The translations under genes were made by a program, and so were the position numbers. The notes beneath the pieces were generated by a model. The model did not search any database and was not told the origin of the DNA. It saw only the letters and a list, made by a program, of their open reading frames with translations. A DNA stretch of 64,000 nucleotides from Lama glama (lineage: Eukaryota), in NCBI GenBank assembly GCA_028534125.1, contig CM052818.1:15936001-16000000 (forward strand). The letters are read 5' to 3'. Shown piece after piece: positions 12,782-24,822 of the stretch; the first letter of the stretch is position 1, and each line of letters begins with the position of its first letter.

Positions 12782-13730
12782 TGTGGAGAAAAACCCAGTT
12801 CTTCCTTACTGTGTGTTTCTTTCCTGTGTGTCTCCTTTGCTACTCACACAGAACACTTCACTTCTGACAATTCTGGTCACTAAATCTGAGAAGGTTTTCC
12901 CCCACACCAAGCAGTTCTCTGCAACACCAGCTGAGTGTCCTATATTTAGTTCAGTTCTAATACTATCTTCCTTGAGATAGTGTCAGATCCACAGTTTAAG
13001 GGTTCAGTCCCACAAGTCTGGCCCCTCACCCCCTCAGACACACTTTAGATGACTGTCATAAACCCAGGTTATCACCTGTGCTTCTGACCAACTGGCTACA
13101 GGTCAGAGGTTCCAATGACTCCCTTCTTGGGTTCTATTAATTTGCTAGAACATCTCACATAACTCAGGGAAACATTCACTTACATTTCCTAGTTTATTAA
13201 AGGACATGATAAAGGAAACAGGTGAGCAGCCACATGGAAGAGATGTGTAGGGCAAAGTATATGGGAAGGGCACAGAGCTTCCATGCTCTGTCCAGGTGTC
13301 ACTCTCCCAGCACCTCCACATAGTCACCAACCTGGAAGCTCTTTGAATGCCATACTTTTGGGATTTTATGGAGGCTTCATCACATAGGATTCATCATAAA
13401 TTCTATTTTCAGCTCTTCTCCTTTCTCAAGAGAATGGGAGGGAAGCAGTGCTACAAATTCCAAGCTTCTGATTATAGCTTGGTCTTTCCTGCAAACAGTC
13501 TTCACCCAAGAGTCATCTAGGAGCCCATCAGAACAAAAGACACTCCTACAACTTAAGAAATGACAAAGGTTTCAGGCACTCCATCTCAGGGACAGAGGTC
13601 AAAGACCAATATTGAACAAGAGATACTCCTGGTGTTCTTACAGTAGTGTTCTTAGGAACTTATAAGGGTTTCAGGAGCTCTGTGCCAGGAAGTGAAGGCA
13701 GAGACCAATATATATTTTCTATTATCTCAA
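12782..13730 (-). mobile_element. MER21-like solo LTR
   Basis: Matches recalled MER21 tract cagttctaatactatcttccttgagatagtgtcagatccacagtttaagggttcagtcccacaag. Confidence 0.75.
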
Positions 13731-13789
13731 ATCGCCCAAACTTTATAGTCTTATTTCCCAGGACTCTCAGTCATACAATTCACTTCTGA

Positions 13790-14112
13790 CATATCTGTGT
13801 TCTCTTACTGTTATTTTTTATGCCTGGAATGTCCTTGCCCTTATTTCTACAGTCAAATCCTACACAGACTCGCAACATTTCCTGATTTTTCACATACAGC
13901 CTTCTCATTTCTGAACTTTAATCTAACTTTACCCCCTCTATCTAATAATTTACTGTCTACATTCTATACTTATTTTGTCTAACCTATTTGAAATTTCTAC
14001 AAATTCCTAAAGCACAAAAGTTATGTGTTTTTCATTTATTTACTTTCCTCATTAACATAAGTACCTGCCATCTCATAACATTTAACAGATATGTGCTGAA
14101 TGAATTAATTAA
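13790..14112 (+). mobile_element. L2 3' end
   Basis: Ends in atatgtgctgaatgaattaattaat, the typical L2 tail. Confidence 0.6.
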
Positions 14113-15849
14113 TATTTAGATCAACAGATTCGATGACTCTAAACAACAACAGATTTGACATGGGACTAATATTATATGGAATCCTAGGGTGATCTACCAA
14201 ACTGGCATTCACCCTTACAGAGAAAGAATCATTTGTTTTGTTAGCCAGAAACCTATATAGAACTCTCCCAGTGAGCAGAGTTCCCATAATGTATCAGCAT
14301 ATCATCCATTTAGTATCCTGTTTAACCGTTTTCAGCATAGTGCCTGAGGGTGAGGTAGAGTTACATGTTATTTAGGAGGTCAGAGACTATCTTTTGGATT
14401 CATCTTTATAACCTTAGTGAATAGAACTGTATTTCATGCACAGGAGGCCATTAGAAATTACTGATGAATAAATACAGTATACAAGGTAACATGGTCCGAG
14501 ACACTCCCCCCATAGCTGCTTTTATCAGAACAGGTAGGTGCTCACAAAAGACTATTTATTACAACAGCTCATGCAATAATGTATATCATTCTCTGTAAGC
14601 TCATTTTGATTATCACTATCAATATAAATATGTGTGAGCTCATATATAAATAATTTATATGGATGTTTTGCTTTGAGATAAGAGGTTTCTGACTCCTCTC
14701 GACTTAAATTAATGAAGAGAATCCTTTAATAACACAATGTATGAAATATCTAGTTGTTTTTTTTTTGAGAAACAACAGCCAGAGTTTTCTTTGTTTTTAG
14801 TATGTTTTGGTTTAAAAAAAACATAGTTCTGTTATTTTCTACTTAAGTGTTTTTCACTTAGCCTTTTGGGGTGAGTTCAAGGAGATACGACCCTTGTGTA
14901 AAGACAACCACCACCACAACAACAACAACAAAAAAAGAGAGAGAGAGATTTATTAATGGTCCAGTTTTATAGAAATAATCTCATTATTGCCTCATTCTCC
15001 TGAGATAACATATTTTCCTTTTTAAAAATAAAAATGACAAATTAACCACAATTTTCTGTTATTTGAGTACCAAAAATGTGTTCATCCTCAGTTCTCTAAA
15101 AAAGAAATAAAAAGTAACCATTATGTAATAATTTAATTCCCATGAAGGTATAAAGACGAAAGCCGTTCATGTTCTTGAATTTTTTCCTTTTTTCAGAAAT
15201 GATGTAATTTTTCTAATGGAAGGGGGATGATCTAAGACTTGGTGTAGATGTTTTCCAAGAGAGAGTCTACCCACTCCATGTGTTCATAGGTAAAGGAATT
15301 GCTTTCTAATCTGCAGATGACAAGAAATACCCTGCCTTGCTTTTGCAGGATGGCTCATGGTTCCCTTGACATATTCCACTTGATTCTGTCCTCTCATTTT
15401 TGATAAGATGAACACAATATCCTTTGAGACATAGTAACTATTTGTATTTGGCCAGAATAAGTGACAAAGGAAAAACAAATTTTAGGTTGTATTATAATTT
15501 CTTTGTGTATGTGTGCATATCTGTTACATGCCAGACACTGTGCTGGCTACTAAATATCCATATTTCATATGAAGACAACAGATGTTTAGCTGAGATGTAA
15601 TAGATGCATAGGTAAATGAATGGATAGATATATAGGTGATAAATAGATTTTTTTAAGAGAAACAACACTCTTCTTAATTAATCAGCACTAGTAGACTGAA
15701 AGCAAAATTATTCTATTTCTGCAGTTTATCTTTTCACTAAAAGTAGCACTCTACTATGATCCTGAACCTGATATATTCCGTTTTTGAAAAGCTGAAGGAA
15801 CAGTAAAAGGTGATGTACCTTTTAAAACCACTTGAAAAGATGATGATGA

Positions 15850-16645
15850 TGATTTAACTTATCTATGGTTTGGATTAAATGTAGGTTGTTTTGACCTTCC
15901 CGGAAGAACAATAGATAAAGTGGGTACTGAGCATGTCTCTCCAACTTCAACAGGTTCTTCAACAATATCGAAGCAATTTAGAAAGCATCACAGGATTTGC
16001 AGTTTTCTTATAGAAATGAGAAAGGTTTGTCCACCTCCCACTCCCTTACCCTGAACTATAGGACCTTTATTTAGTCAGTCAATTTTTTTCTTTCAGCAAA
16101 AGCAAGACTCATCTTATCCTCATGTACTTATTGTTTATCTTGTCTGTAGATTGGAACAGTAAAGCTGATATGAAACTCTGATGCACGCAGGCCTCCATCA
16201 CCTTAAATTCAAGACTTTAGAAGATCTAATCTGAATTCCCATCAGACAGAAAACCAACTGTTTGTTTAAGCAAGTCACACATTTCAGATAATGCATACTC
16301 ACTAACCTTCTGTCTACAGTATCACCTGTTTTATTTTCTATCTCAATTTCATACTTTTGTGGGCAAAACCACCAGGGAAATATATTTCAAAGACAATATA
16401 TGATAATGCTGCTCTCTGTACTCCATCTCATTACAGAAGCCTTGTCTTTCTAAAATAGAAAATGGATTTACGTTCCTTAGTATTATTTCTGCCACACACT
16501 GATTCAGTGAAACAGCATTTGGGTGGCTTTGAGTAAATTTAATTTTCTTTGGCTGCTTCATGAAGTGTGAGTTACTCTGAAGCAAATGATGCCACATTGA
16601 AAGTTTGTTTTTGGGGGGATGTGAAATAAGGGCTCCATAGCTAAG
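15850..16645 (-). mobile_element. Degenerate, internally deleted hAT (Ac/ZBED-like) transposase fossil
   Basis: KFTQSHPNAVSLNQCVAEIILRNVNPFSILERQGFCNEMEYREQHYHIL aligns by eye with the ZBED4/6-type post-BED segment (SHP.A...IAEMI..D.QP.S.V...GF..L.EY...Y); downstream frame LNCFDIVEEPVEVGETCSVPTLSIVLP matches the hAT PTLS.V.P motif. Confidence 0.7.
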
Positions 16646-16647
16646 TG

Positions 16648-16678
16648 TTTTTGTTTTGTTTTGTTTGTTTGTTTGTTT
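16648..16678 (+). repeat. (TTTG)n microsatellite
   Basis: Direct reading. Confidence 0.9.
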
Positions 16679-16842
16679 ACTATAAAGCAAGTATCATCTG
16701 ACATTTTCAGGGATCTTAAAAGTCATTTCATTTTGTGACTTCCATTTGAAAAGTTTGAAAGCTTCAAGAGGTGTTCTAGTATATCTACCCTGCCTTTAGT
16801 TAGGAGTGTATTTAAGACTGTTTAGGGAGGAGTTATTTCTAT

Positions 16843-17371
16843 TGTCAAAAAAAAAACTACACTGGATGGAGTTAAACAGGCAAGAAAAACTTTATCCAAG
16901 ACTACTGAAATAGAGTCAAGACTATTGCAATAGACAGGGATTGGACTGAACACCCTTGAAGCAAAGTTGGGGGGTTATGGTTTAAGCACTAGCGATGAGC
17001 TGGTGGTAAAATACTGGAGGACTTTAGGTGGGGGAGGGGTCAATCAATGTGAATAGGCCATCTGTGCTTGCTAATTGGCTCTCGTCAAAGTTGACCTCCC
17101 ACTCTCCCACAGAGACTAGAAAAAGGGGCTCTAACTTTTTTGATGATTACATTTCAAATGGTTGGCTTCTAGGTTCCTGAGAAAGATATTCCTCTCCTGT
17201 AAAACTGGCAAGAACTTGGGAAAGAAAAATCTACACTTCAAAGGGGCAGAGAAAAAAACTACAATGGCAAGTAAATGCCCTAGGACAAGGGAGGTCAGGG
17301 ACCTATAGTCAGGAAGAAACCTGTCTATAAAGTATAGTCATGGCAAGGGAATATTAAGGCAGTCTTGGTCA
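16843..17371 (-). mobile_element. MER31/MER67-like ERV1 solo LTR
   Basis: TG...CA termini; flanks ctat/ctgt (4-bp TSD, one mismatch); reverse complement begins tgaccaagactgccttaatattccc. Confidence 0.75.
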
Positions 17372-18329
17372 CTGTTCTTTGTGAAATACTATAATATAAT
17401 CCTGTGCATCCTGATTTCACTCATCACTTCCAAGATCATAATACATTTTTTTGTTTGTTTACTTCTATATTGATTCTTTTCTAAAAAATAAAGAGTCTGG
17501 AAAAATGCAATAGACATTTGAGGCAATGCATCAGACAGTTAATAATGTACACAATTGAACAGATCTTAGCATTTTGGTTTTAGATACTTAAAAATGCTAC
17601 GTCCTAAATAAATCTTGCTAGGAATTTCTTTTGAGTATAAATTTAAAGAAGACTTTTTTTTTTTTGAGCTACAGAAGCAATTTTTAAAAATTATTGCCCA
17701 GCAATTTACATCCTTTCATTTAAAAAAAGGAATTAGATTATATAATATGTCATGAAATGTACTCAACCTAGCCCTTAGTGTTGTAGTCTCCCCATTTCCT
17801 TTCTTTATTCTCTTGCATAAGAAAAAAAATGAAAAACTGCATATATGAATTTTTTAAAACTTGTGATACTATTTCAGACTTTATCTCCACTGTTATAGCC
17901 CAACAAAATGTATTCAAGCATTTCATTTGCTGCACACTGCATATCTGATCTATACTGAATATTTTGGAGACTAGAAATCTTCGTTTAACTGACTCTGTGT
18001 AAGAAACCAGATGGAAAGTAACATTTATTGTTATATACGGTACTCTGTATCAAATGTTTTGGGATTTCATTTATCTTATTTCAATTCTCTTAACAACTCT
18101 ATAAGGTAGATTTTATTTTCCTCCTCTTTGTTAATGCATGAAAAAGTTTCTAACTATAAAATCTATTTGGTTAATTCTTTCTGTTCTACTCCCACAGTCT
18201 GATTATAATATGAAAACTGCTTAAGCATTTGTGAATTTTGAGAAATGAAGACATTTGGCTAGGCTAATACCAATGATATTTAAAGAATATATGTTGAGTG
18301 TATATTATAGATTAGATAATTATTCCCAC

Positions 18330-18750
18330 TTTTTTTTTCTTCAAGAGACTTATCCATTCCTACCTTTTTTGCCTTGTGACTTGCCATATTTTTGGTGGAA
18401 GAGTCTACACCTTCATGATATTGTTTATCAGTCTGTCCAAGTGCCTGGTTTTAGGCAATGAAATGTGAGTGAGTATGACATGTGTGACATCTGAGCAGGG
18501 ACTTTTAAAGCCATTATATTTTCCACCAGTCTACTACTTCTCATTCCCCTTAGCTATAGGAACATTATGTTCCAATCAGGAAATGATCCTCAGTTCTGGA
18601 ATTAAAGGACAGATAGGGGAGAGCTATAGCAGCTGATTCAAAGCCCCTTCCACGTGATATAAACAGAAATAAATGTCTGAGATTTGGGGATTGCTTGCCA
18701 TAGCAGCAAAATAACAAATATAGTATATAACTTTGATTAAGAAAATGTAG
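18330..18750 (+). mobile_element. MLT1 (MaLR) LTR remnant
   Basis: 3' LTR signature agaaataaatgtctgagatttggggattgcttgccatagcagc. Confidence 0.6.
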
Positions 18751-19772
18751 TATACTATTGATACATCTATTCATAAACAGCAAAAATTCAAATGTTATAG
18801 TAAACTTTATAGGGTGATGGAAATTCTTAACATTAATATACTTTTATCATATAGAATAGAATTTCATTTAAAATAAAATGAAAAAAATTGTGAGTGAATC
18901 TTCTAAATACATGGATATAAGTTTTAATGTAAGGGTCCCTGTTGCAATAAAAATTGCCCCATTTTCAGTACTTGCTATGTGCTCAGTCAGTAATTACATT
19001 TTCAGTATGCGTAATAAGATCCATTTGTCGATGTGCTACTCTGTGAAGGGTAACTGCAAATACCTTCAAGGAAGAGAATTTGTCTTCACTCTCTGATAGA
19101 TATTAGGAAGCAGCTGAGAAACGTGGGAACTGTTTCATTTGCCTCAGTTGGCTCCCTCTTACTCTGAGACACAGACACATTCAGTCAACTCTGGTAAATT
19201 TCAACTAGCTAAAATTTATGACTTTCCCTGTTGTATTTTACATTTTGGTTAATTATGACCTGGGTGCTAGCTCTACCCCTTGAAAGTAAAGATTACTGTC
19301 AGGAGATCTGACAGTTGCTAAATGCACCATTATCCAATATTGGAACCCTTGGCAAATGATAACCTGAAATCTAGTAGAAATGAATGAAAAGGGCAATCCA
19401 TGGAGTAAAATGTTTTTGCCTCCTGACAACCTAAGTCATGTTCCTGGTTTAGATGACTGTTTTTCTTCCGCTGTGGCTAACCACCCTCAGATTAAACAAA
19501 TATATATGGGCTGTCACCTGAAATTAAGAAAACAAAAACAAAAACAGAGGTATATGGAAGGTCAGGCTAGCTTTAAAAGGCTTCACAATGTAAGCAGCCT
19601 CTTACTTGCAGAGTTTCCTACTATTGGTGGACTTGCCACCCACCTTGCACTCTTTAGAGATTTATGTTGTTTGGATTTAGGGATGGGAATCATTAATCCC
19701 ACAAGAATAAAACATATAAATCATAATGAACCTTTAGTAGTTGAGAAAGAGAGAAGTAGGTCTGACTGCTCT

Positions 19773-20306
19773 TGTGGGGGAAGAAAACAATTTTCCCTTT
19801 ACCTTTCTAGGCTCTTGGCTGAGACACCCCTGATAATAAAAAGATTAGCAGAGAAAAACAAACAGAAGTTTAATAATACATATACGTACTGCATACATGG
19901 GAGGTACCCAGGAAAACTGGGTAACTCTACAAAATGGCCTAAGTGACCACCTTAAATAATATCTCAAGCTAAGGACACCAGATGGGTTGGGGAGAGGCCA
20001 GTTGTTGGAGGTTACCAGGAAAAAGGACTGTAAATCAGGGTATTTTTAACCAGATTTAAGTCAGTAGTCTTTTCCTTTGCTAAGAGTTTCTAGAGATTTA
20101 GAGTCATCTTTTCTTGGTACAGAAAAGGAGACACCCTTACAAAAGGAGATTTCCCTTATAAATGTAAACATTTCTTAGAAAAGAGTTACTTTTACTCTGT
20201 TTTCAGAGCTTCTCCCATGTCTGCAGTTTCTTCAAAAATAATCAGCTCAAAATAATCCTTATGTCAAAGAGATATATTTTGGGATGGCAAGTTCTGCTTT
20301 CCTTCA
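19773..20306 (-). mobile_element. ERV1-class solo LTR (MER4-group-like)
   Basis: TG...CA termini with perfect 4-bp TSD CTCT (19769-19772 and 20307-20310); reverse complement begins tgaaggaaagcagaacttgccatcccaaaatat. Confidence 0.85.
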
Positions 20307-21259
20307 CTCTCTTCTATAGGAAAATAGCACAGAAGTATCAAATCTGTGAATGTCTGAAAAATTCTGTATAGGTTTTGAGTTATGGCTCTTGAAAGTCAAC
20401 ACTATTCGCCTTTTTGTAGGGGAGGGTGGAGGCCATTACTCGTGCCTCTTTGTTATACTTCGGTAGTTAATATGGGCCAAACATTGTGCAATACTGGAGA
20501 TATTTTATCTCCATTCCTCTTAGAAAACCCATGTGGTGGATGTAGTTGCAGAAATGTAACTCTGACCCAGTTTACTCAGAGTCACACACATAAGAAAAAA
20601 TAGTGAAAGTGGGTTTGAGTAAGTCCAGTAATTTCTCTCCACACAATTTTGGACTCTGCAAAAGGACTTTGGGCTGAGCAGGAAGAATGCAGATGTCATA
20701 AATAAAGATGCTTTGTTTTTTATTTTTTGAATCCCAGGTATGAGACTGAGACCTTAGGATAAATGCCTTTCCATTTTCTTTTTTTTCTTTTACTTTAAAT
20801 CTAAGATATTAACTTATACATAACTTCGAGACTAGAAACTAAAAGTTGCAGTAATTCTACGCCAGAGAAGTATCACAAAGCTACTTGATTGGATCGTAAG
20901 TGCTGATGATTACAGTTTATCCAATGTTAGAAAATATCACTCTAATTGCCTAAAACATGCTTACCCTAGCAAACCCAGTGTAAAACTCCCTCTTGTCTTT
21001 TCACTTGTTTACCTCCATAAGCAGGCAAAATTCCTATCTCAAAATTGAAGTGCCATTTCAACTTTCCCGTATAACACAGCTTTCCTTCTGACCTAGCTTC
21101 CAGATTTCTGTTTATCCACACTTACAGATTTAGCCTTCTAAGAAATTTCTCCTCTTCCAACCACCTTTCACTTCAGGCTGACAGTCTGCCTTCCCTGCCT
21201 AACACTAGCAGACTCTTAACACGTAGCCACCATCTCCATCCCACCCTAATTATAACAGT

Positions 21260-21490
21260 AAACTCTTAATACGATAATATGTGTAAGAAACTCTCAGCCA
21301 GTTAGAACAATTATCTCATTTAAGCCTTACAAGTCAATGAGGTGGTTACTGCTATGATTCCCATTTTATAGGGAAAAGGTCAGAAATGTTGATCAGTTTC
21401 TTTAACATCAGGCAATGAATAAGTTTTTAAATCAGGATTTGAACCAGGGCATTTGGCTGCAGAGTCTATTCTTAACTACTGTCCCAACCA
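21260..21490 (-). mobile_element. MIR SINE
   Basis: tatctcatttaagccttacaa...cccattttataggg...caggatttgaaccaggg. Confidence 0.75.
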
Positions 21491-21989
21491 ACTTTAAATC
21501 TCAAGCCTGATCCATTGATAAACAAGTAATATCTCTATTCCCATCCATATATTTTCCCCATAAACTGTTTTCAATAGATGCTTGCTGAATGCTGGTTTCA
21601 TGTTATAAACAATTACTTCGAGTTTCTTAAATTGAACCAAGGCAGAGTCTGAAGATGAGCATTGTGTTCAACATCTTTGTGTGACCTTTTTCTTGGTGGC
21701 TTTTGAACGTCTAAATCTATATAAAAATGTTCACTGGCCCTATTACTCAATGTGCCAGAACATGCTGACTCCAACAGTGTATAATATTTTAGGAATTTTA
21801 AAGTGATAAGAACTATTGCCAGGTATATTTATTTTGTTTTGTTTTGTTCTTAAGCATATACTGATATGCATTAAAAAAAACCTACTGTCATTTCTTTTTC
21901 TTCTCTTCCTCCACTTCCTCTATGTCTTCCCTTCTTTTTTGTTTGTTCGCTTGTTTGTTTTTTTTGTTTTTCTGTCACTTTCCTTCATG

Positions 21990-22610
21990 AACGAATCAGG
22001 CCAAAAGCAAACAGGTGGGCTGAGCAAAGTAGGCATCCTTGTGGATCCGGGGGGACTTCCACAACCCGGCACAAGGTTGGAGCCAAAGCGGGGTAAAGAC
22101 AGCAATGACAGTGATCCTGTCCAGGGCACTGGAGACAAAGTAGGGTAAAGAGACAGTCAGTCAGTCAGTTTAGGAGGGCAGACAAAGGAGGGTAAAGAAG
22201 GTGTCACAAATGGGGTAGCAATTACAGAAGCCTGATGCAGGGTGTCAGTGGCCAGCAGAGTGAGTGTTCATGCTAGAAGGCAGTGGCAGTGGTGGCCCAG
22301 TATGGAGTGTCAGATTCAGAATAGGATGAGAAGGGAATCTCCATGGGCAGCAGGGTAGGGGAGGTGGAAGAGGTAGGAACCAGGCGGCTGGTTATATGTA
22401 GGAGGGTATTGATCAAATAGGTAATATGTTGAGGATAATGAACTCCAGATTTCTGGCTGTCAAAGAATAGTTACAAATATGAAATGAACCTTATGGTATG
22501 GGTATTTGGATTATGGGTAGAATAAATATAGTTGTCAAAATAGAGAGGTAGATATAGAAATAAATATAGATATAAATGTGAACATGTCTAAATGAAAGTA
22601 TGCCTAAATG
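21990..22610 (+). mobile_element. L1MC/L1MD-like 3' region, left part (continues at ~24250-24390)
   Basis: attgatcaaataggtaatatgttgaggataatgaactccagatttctggctgtc resembles the L1MC3/L1MD 3' region. Confidence 0.6.
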
Positions 22611-22612
22611 TA

Positions 22613-24248
22613 TGTTGCTAAGGACTGAAAGTTTGTGTCCCCTCAAAATTCATTTCTTTAAATTAAAGTATAGTCAGTTACAATATGCCAAATTCTGGTG
22701 TAACAGCATAATGTCTCAGTCATAAATATATATTCCTTTTCATTATAAGTTACTATAAAATATTGAATACAGTTTCCTGTGCTATACAGAGAAATTTATT
22801 TTTTTATCTATTTTATAAATAGTAGTTAATATTTGCAAATCTCAAACTCCCAGTTTATCCCTTCTCACCCTCTTCCCCCAGTACCCATAAGTTTGTTTAC
22901 TACGTCTGTAAGTCTTTCTGTTCTGTAGATAAATTCATTAGTATCTTATTTTTACTTTTTAGATTCCAGATATGAGTGATAGTATATGGTATTTTTCTTT
23001 CTCTTTCTGGCTTACTTCACTTAGAATGATGATCTCCAGATCCATCCATGTTGCCGCAATTAGCATTATTTTATTCTTTTTTATGGATGAGTAGTATTTC
23101 ATTGTATAAGTATACCACACCTTCTGTCAATAGACATTTAGGTTGCTTCCATGTCTTGGCTATTGTATATAATGCTGCTATGAACATTGGGGTGCATGAA
23201 TCTTTTCAAATTAGAGTTTCCTCTGGATAAATGTCCAGGAGTAGGATTGCTGGATCATAGGGTAAGTCTATTTTTAGTTTTTTGAAGAATCTCCATACTG
23301 TTTTCCATAATGGCTGCACCAAACTGCATTCCCACCAACAGTGTAGGAGGGTTCTTTTACCCCACACCCTCTCCAGCATTTATCGTTTGTGGACTTTTGA
23401 ATGACAGCCATTCTGACTGGTGTGAGGTGATATCTCATTGTGGTTTTGTTTTCAATTTCTCTGATAATTAGCAATACTGAGCATTTTTTCATGTGCCTAT
23501 TAGCCATCTACATGTCTTCATTGGAGAATTACTTGCTTAGGTCTTCTGCCATTTTTGGATTGGGTTGTTTGTTTTTTTGTTATTATGTTGTATGAGCTGT
23601 TTATATATTCTGGATATTAAACCTTTGTCAGTCGTATCATTTGCAATTATCTTCTCCCATTCTGCAGGTTGTTGTTTTGTTTTGCTTATGGTTTCCTTTG
23701 CTGTGTAAAAGCTTATAAGTTTAATTAGGTCCCATTTGTTTATTTTTGCTTTTTATTTCCATTTCTTGGGTAGATTACCCTAGGAGAACATTGCTAAGAT
23801 TTATGTTAGAAAATGTTTTGCCTATGTTTCCTTTAAGGAATACCTCCTTAAATCTTTAAGCCATTTTGAGTTTATTTTTGTGTATGGGGTGAGGGAGTGT
23901 TCTTCCCCTCAAAATTGAAATGTTGAACCTCTAATATCCAGTGTGATGGTATTGGAGGTGGTGCCTTTGGGAGGTGATTAGGTTTAGATGAGGTCATGAA
24001 AGTAGAGGCCTCATAAGATTAGTGCCCTTATAAAAAAATAGAGATACAAAAGCTGTTTCTCACTTTCTCTCTCTCTCCACAAGCACACACTGAGAAAAGG
24101 CCAGGAACTGGGTTCTCACTAGGAAGTGAAACTTTTAGCACCCTGGTCTTATACTTCCCAGCCTATAGAACTGTGAGAAATAAATGTTTGTTGTTCAAGC
24201 CAGCCAGTCTATAACATTTTGTTTTAACAGTCTCAACTAAGAGATACA
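22613..24248 (+). mobile_element. MLT1A-like MaLR solo LTR split by a younger L1 (LTR parts 22613-22653 and 23904-24248)
   Basis: ggactgaaagtttgtgtcccctcaaaattca...gtgtgatggtattggaggtggtgcctttgggaggtgattagg...gaactgtgagaaataaatg. Confidence 0.85.
22654..23903 (-). mobile_element. 5'-truncated lineage-specific (camelid-type) L1
   Basis: ORF2 C-terminal translation (ORF 23274-23507) plus 3'UTR; TSD tcccctcaaaatt at 22638-22650 and 23904-23916. Confidence 0.92.
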
Positions 24249-24611
24249 TGTACAACAAGGTGAACGGGCGCACACAATGCAAATACATATATATGGGTAT
24301 AGTCACCAACTATGTCCTCTGAGCCTAGAAGCAGCACCACCCTAATAATAATCAGTATAACTAAGAACTGATCTTAGTTCTAAATCTTAGAGTTTTAAGA
24401 CAACTCTGGGCACATTTCATAGATGTTTGAGTATGTTTGATCCTGGATTTTGGTTAGATGATGACTTTTTACTTTCTTAAATGAAGAACAGTAACAATGG
24501 AAGAACAGACAATAAGGTAAAAATGTTTCCCGGTTGTTTGGGGCCATCCCAAGTCCACTGTAGGGTAATAAAGAGCTATAGACTTACTTTCCAGGGTAAA
24601 AATATAATTAC

Positions 24612-24822
24612 ACAATTGCCCCTCTATAGTCACGTGTTCCATAGCAATAGATTCAAACATCCATGTATGGAATGTGATCCCATGGAACCGTGGATATGCG
24701 TGGCTGACTCTACCCCATCATTTATATAAGGGACTTGAACAACTGCAGAGTTTAGAATCTGAGGGGAGGCATATGGGGGGCTGGAACCATTTCCCCCACC
24801 AATACCAAGGGATAACGGCATA
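24612..24822. mobile_element. MER2/Tigger-type MITE
   Basis: ttatataagggacttgaac...ctggaaccatttcccccaccaataccaagggataacg resembles the MER2 terminus. Confidence 0.7.

Noticed and set aside
19380..19946. Longest ORF in the track (188 aa)
   Set aside because: No recognisable domain; the last ~58 codons read into an antisense ERV1 solo LTR; most likely a chance ORF
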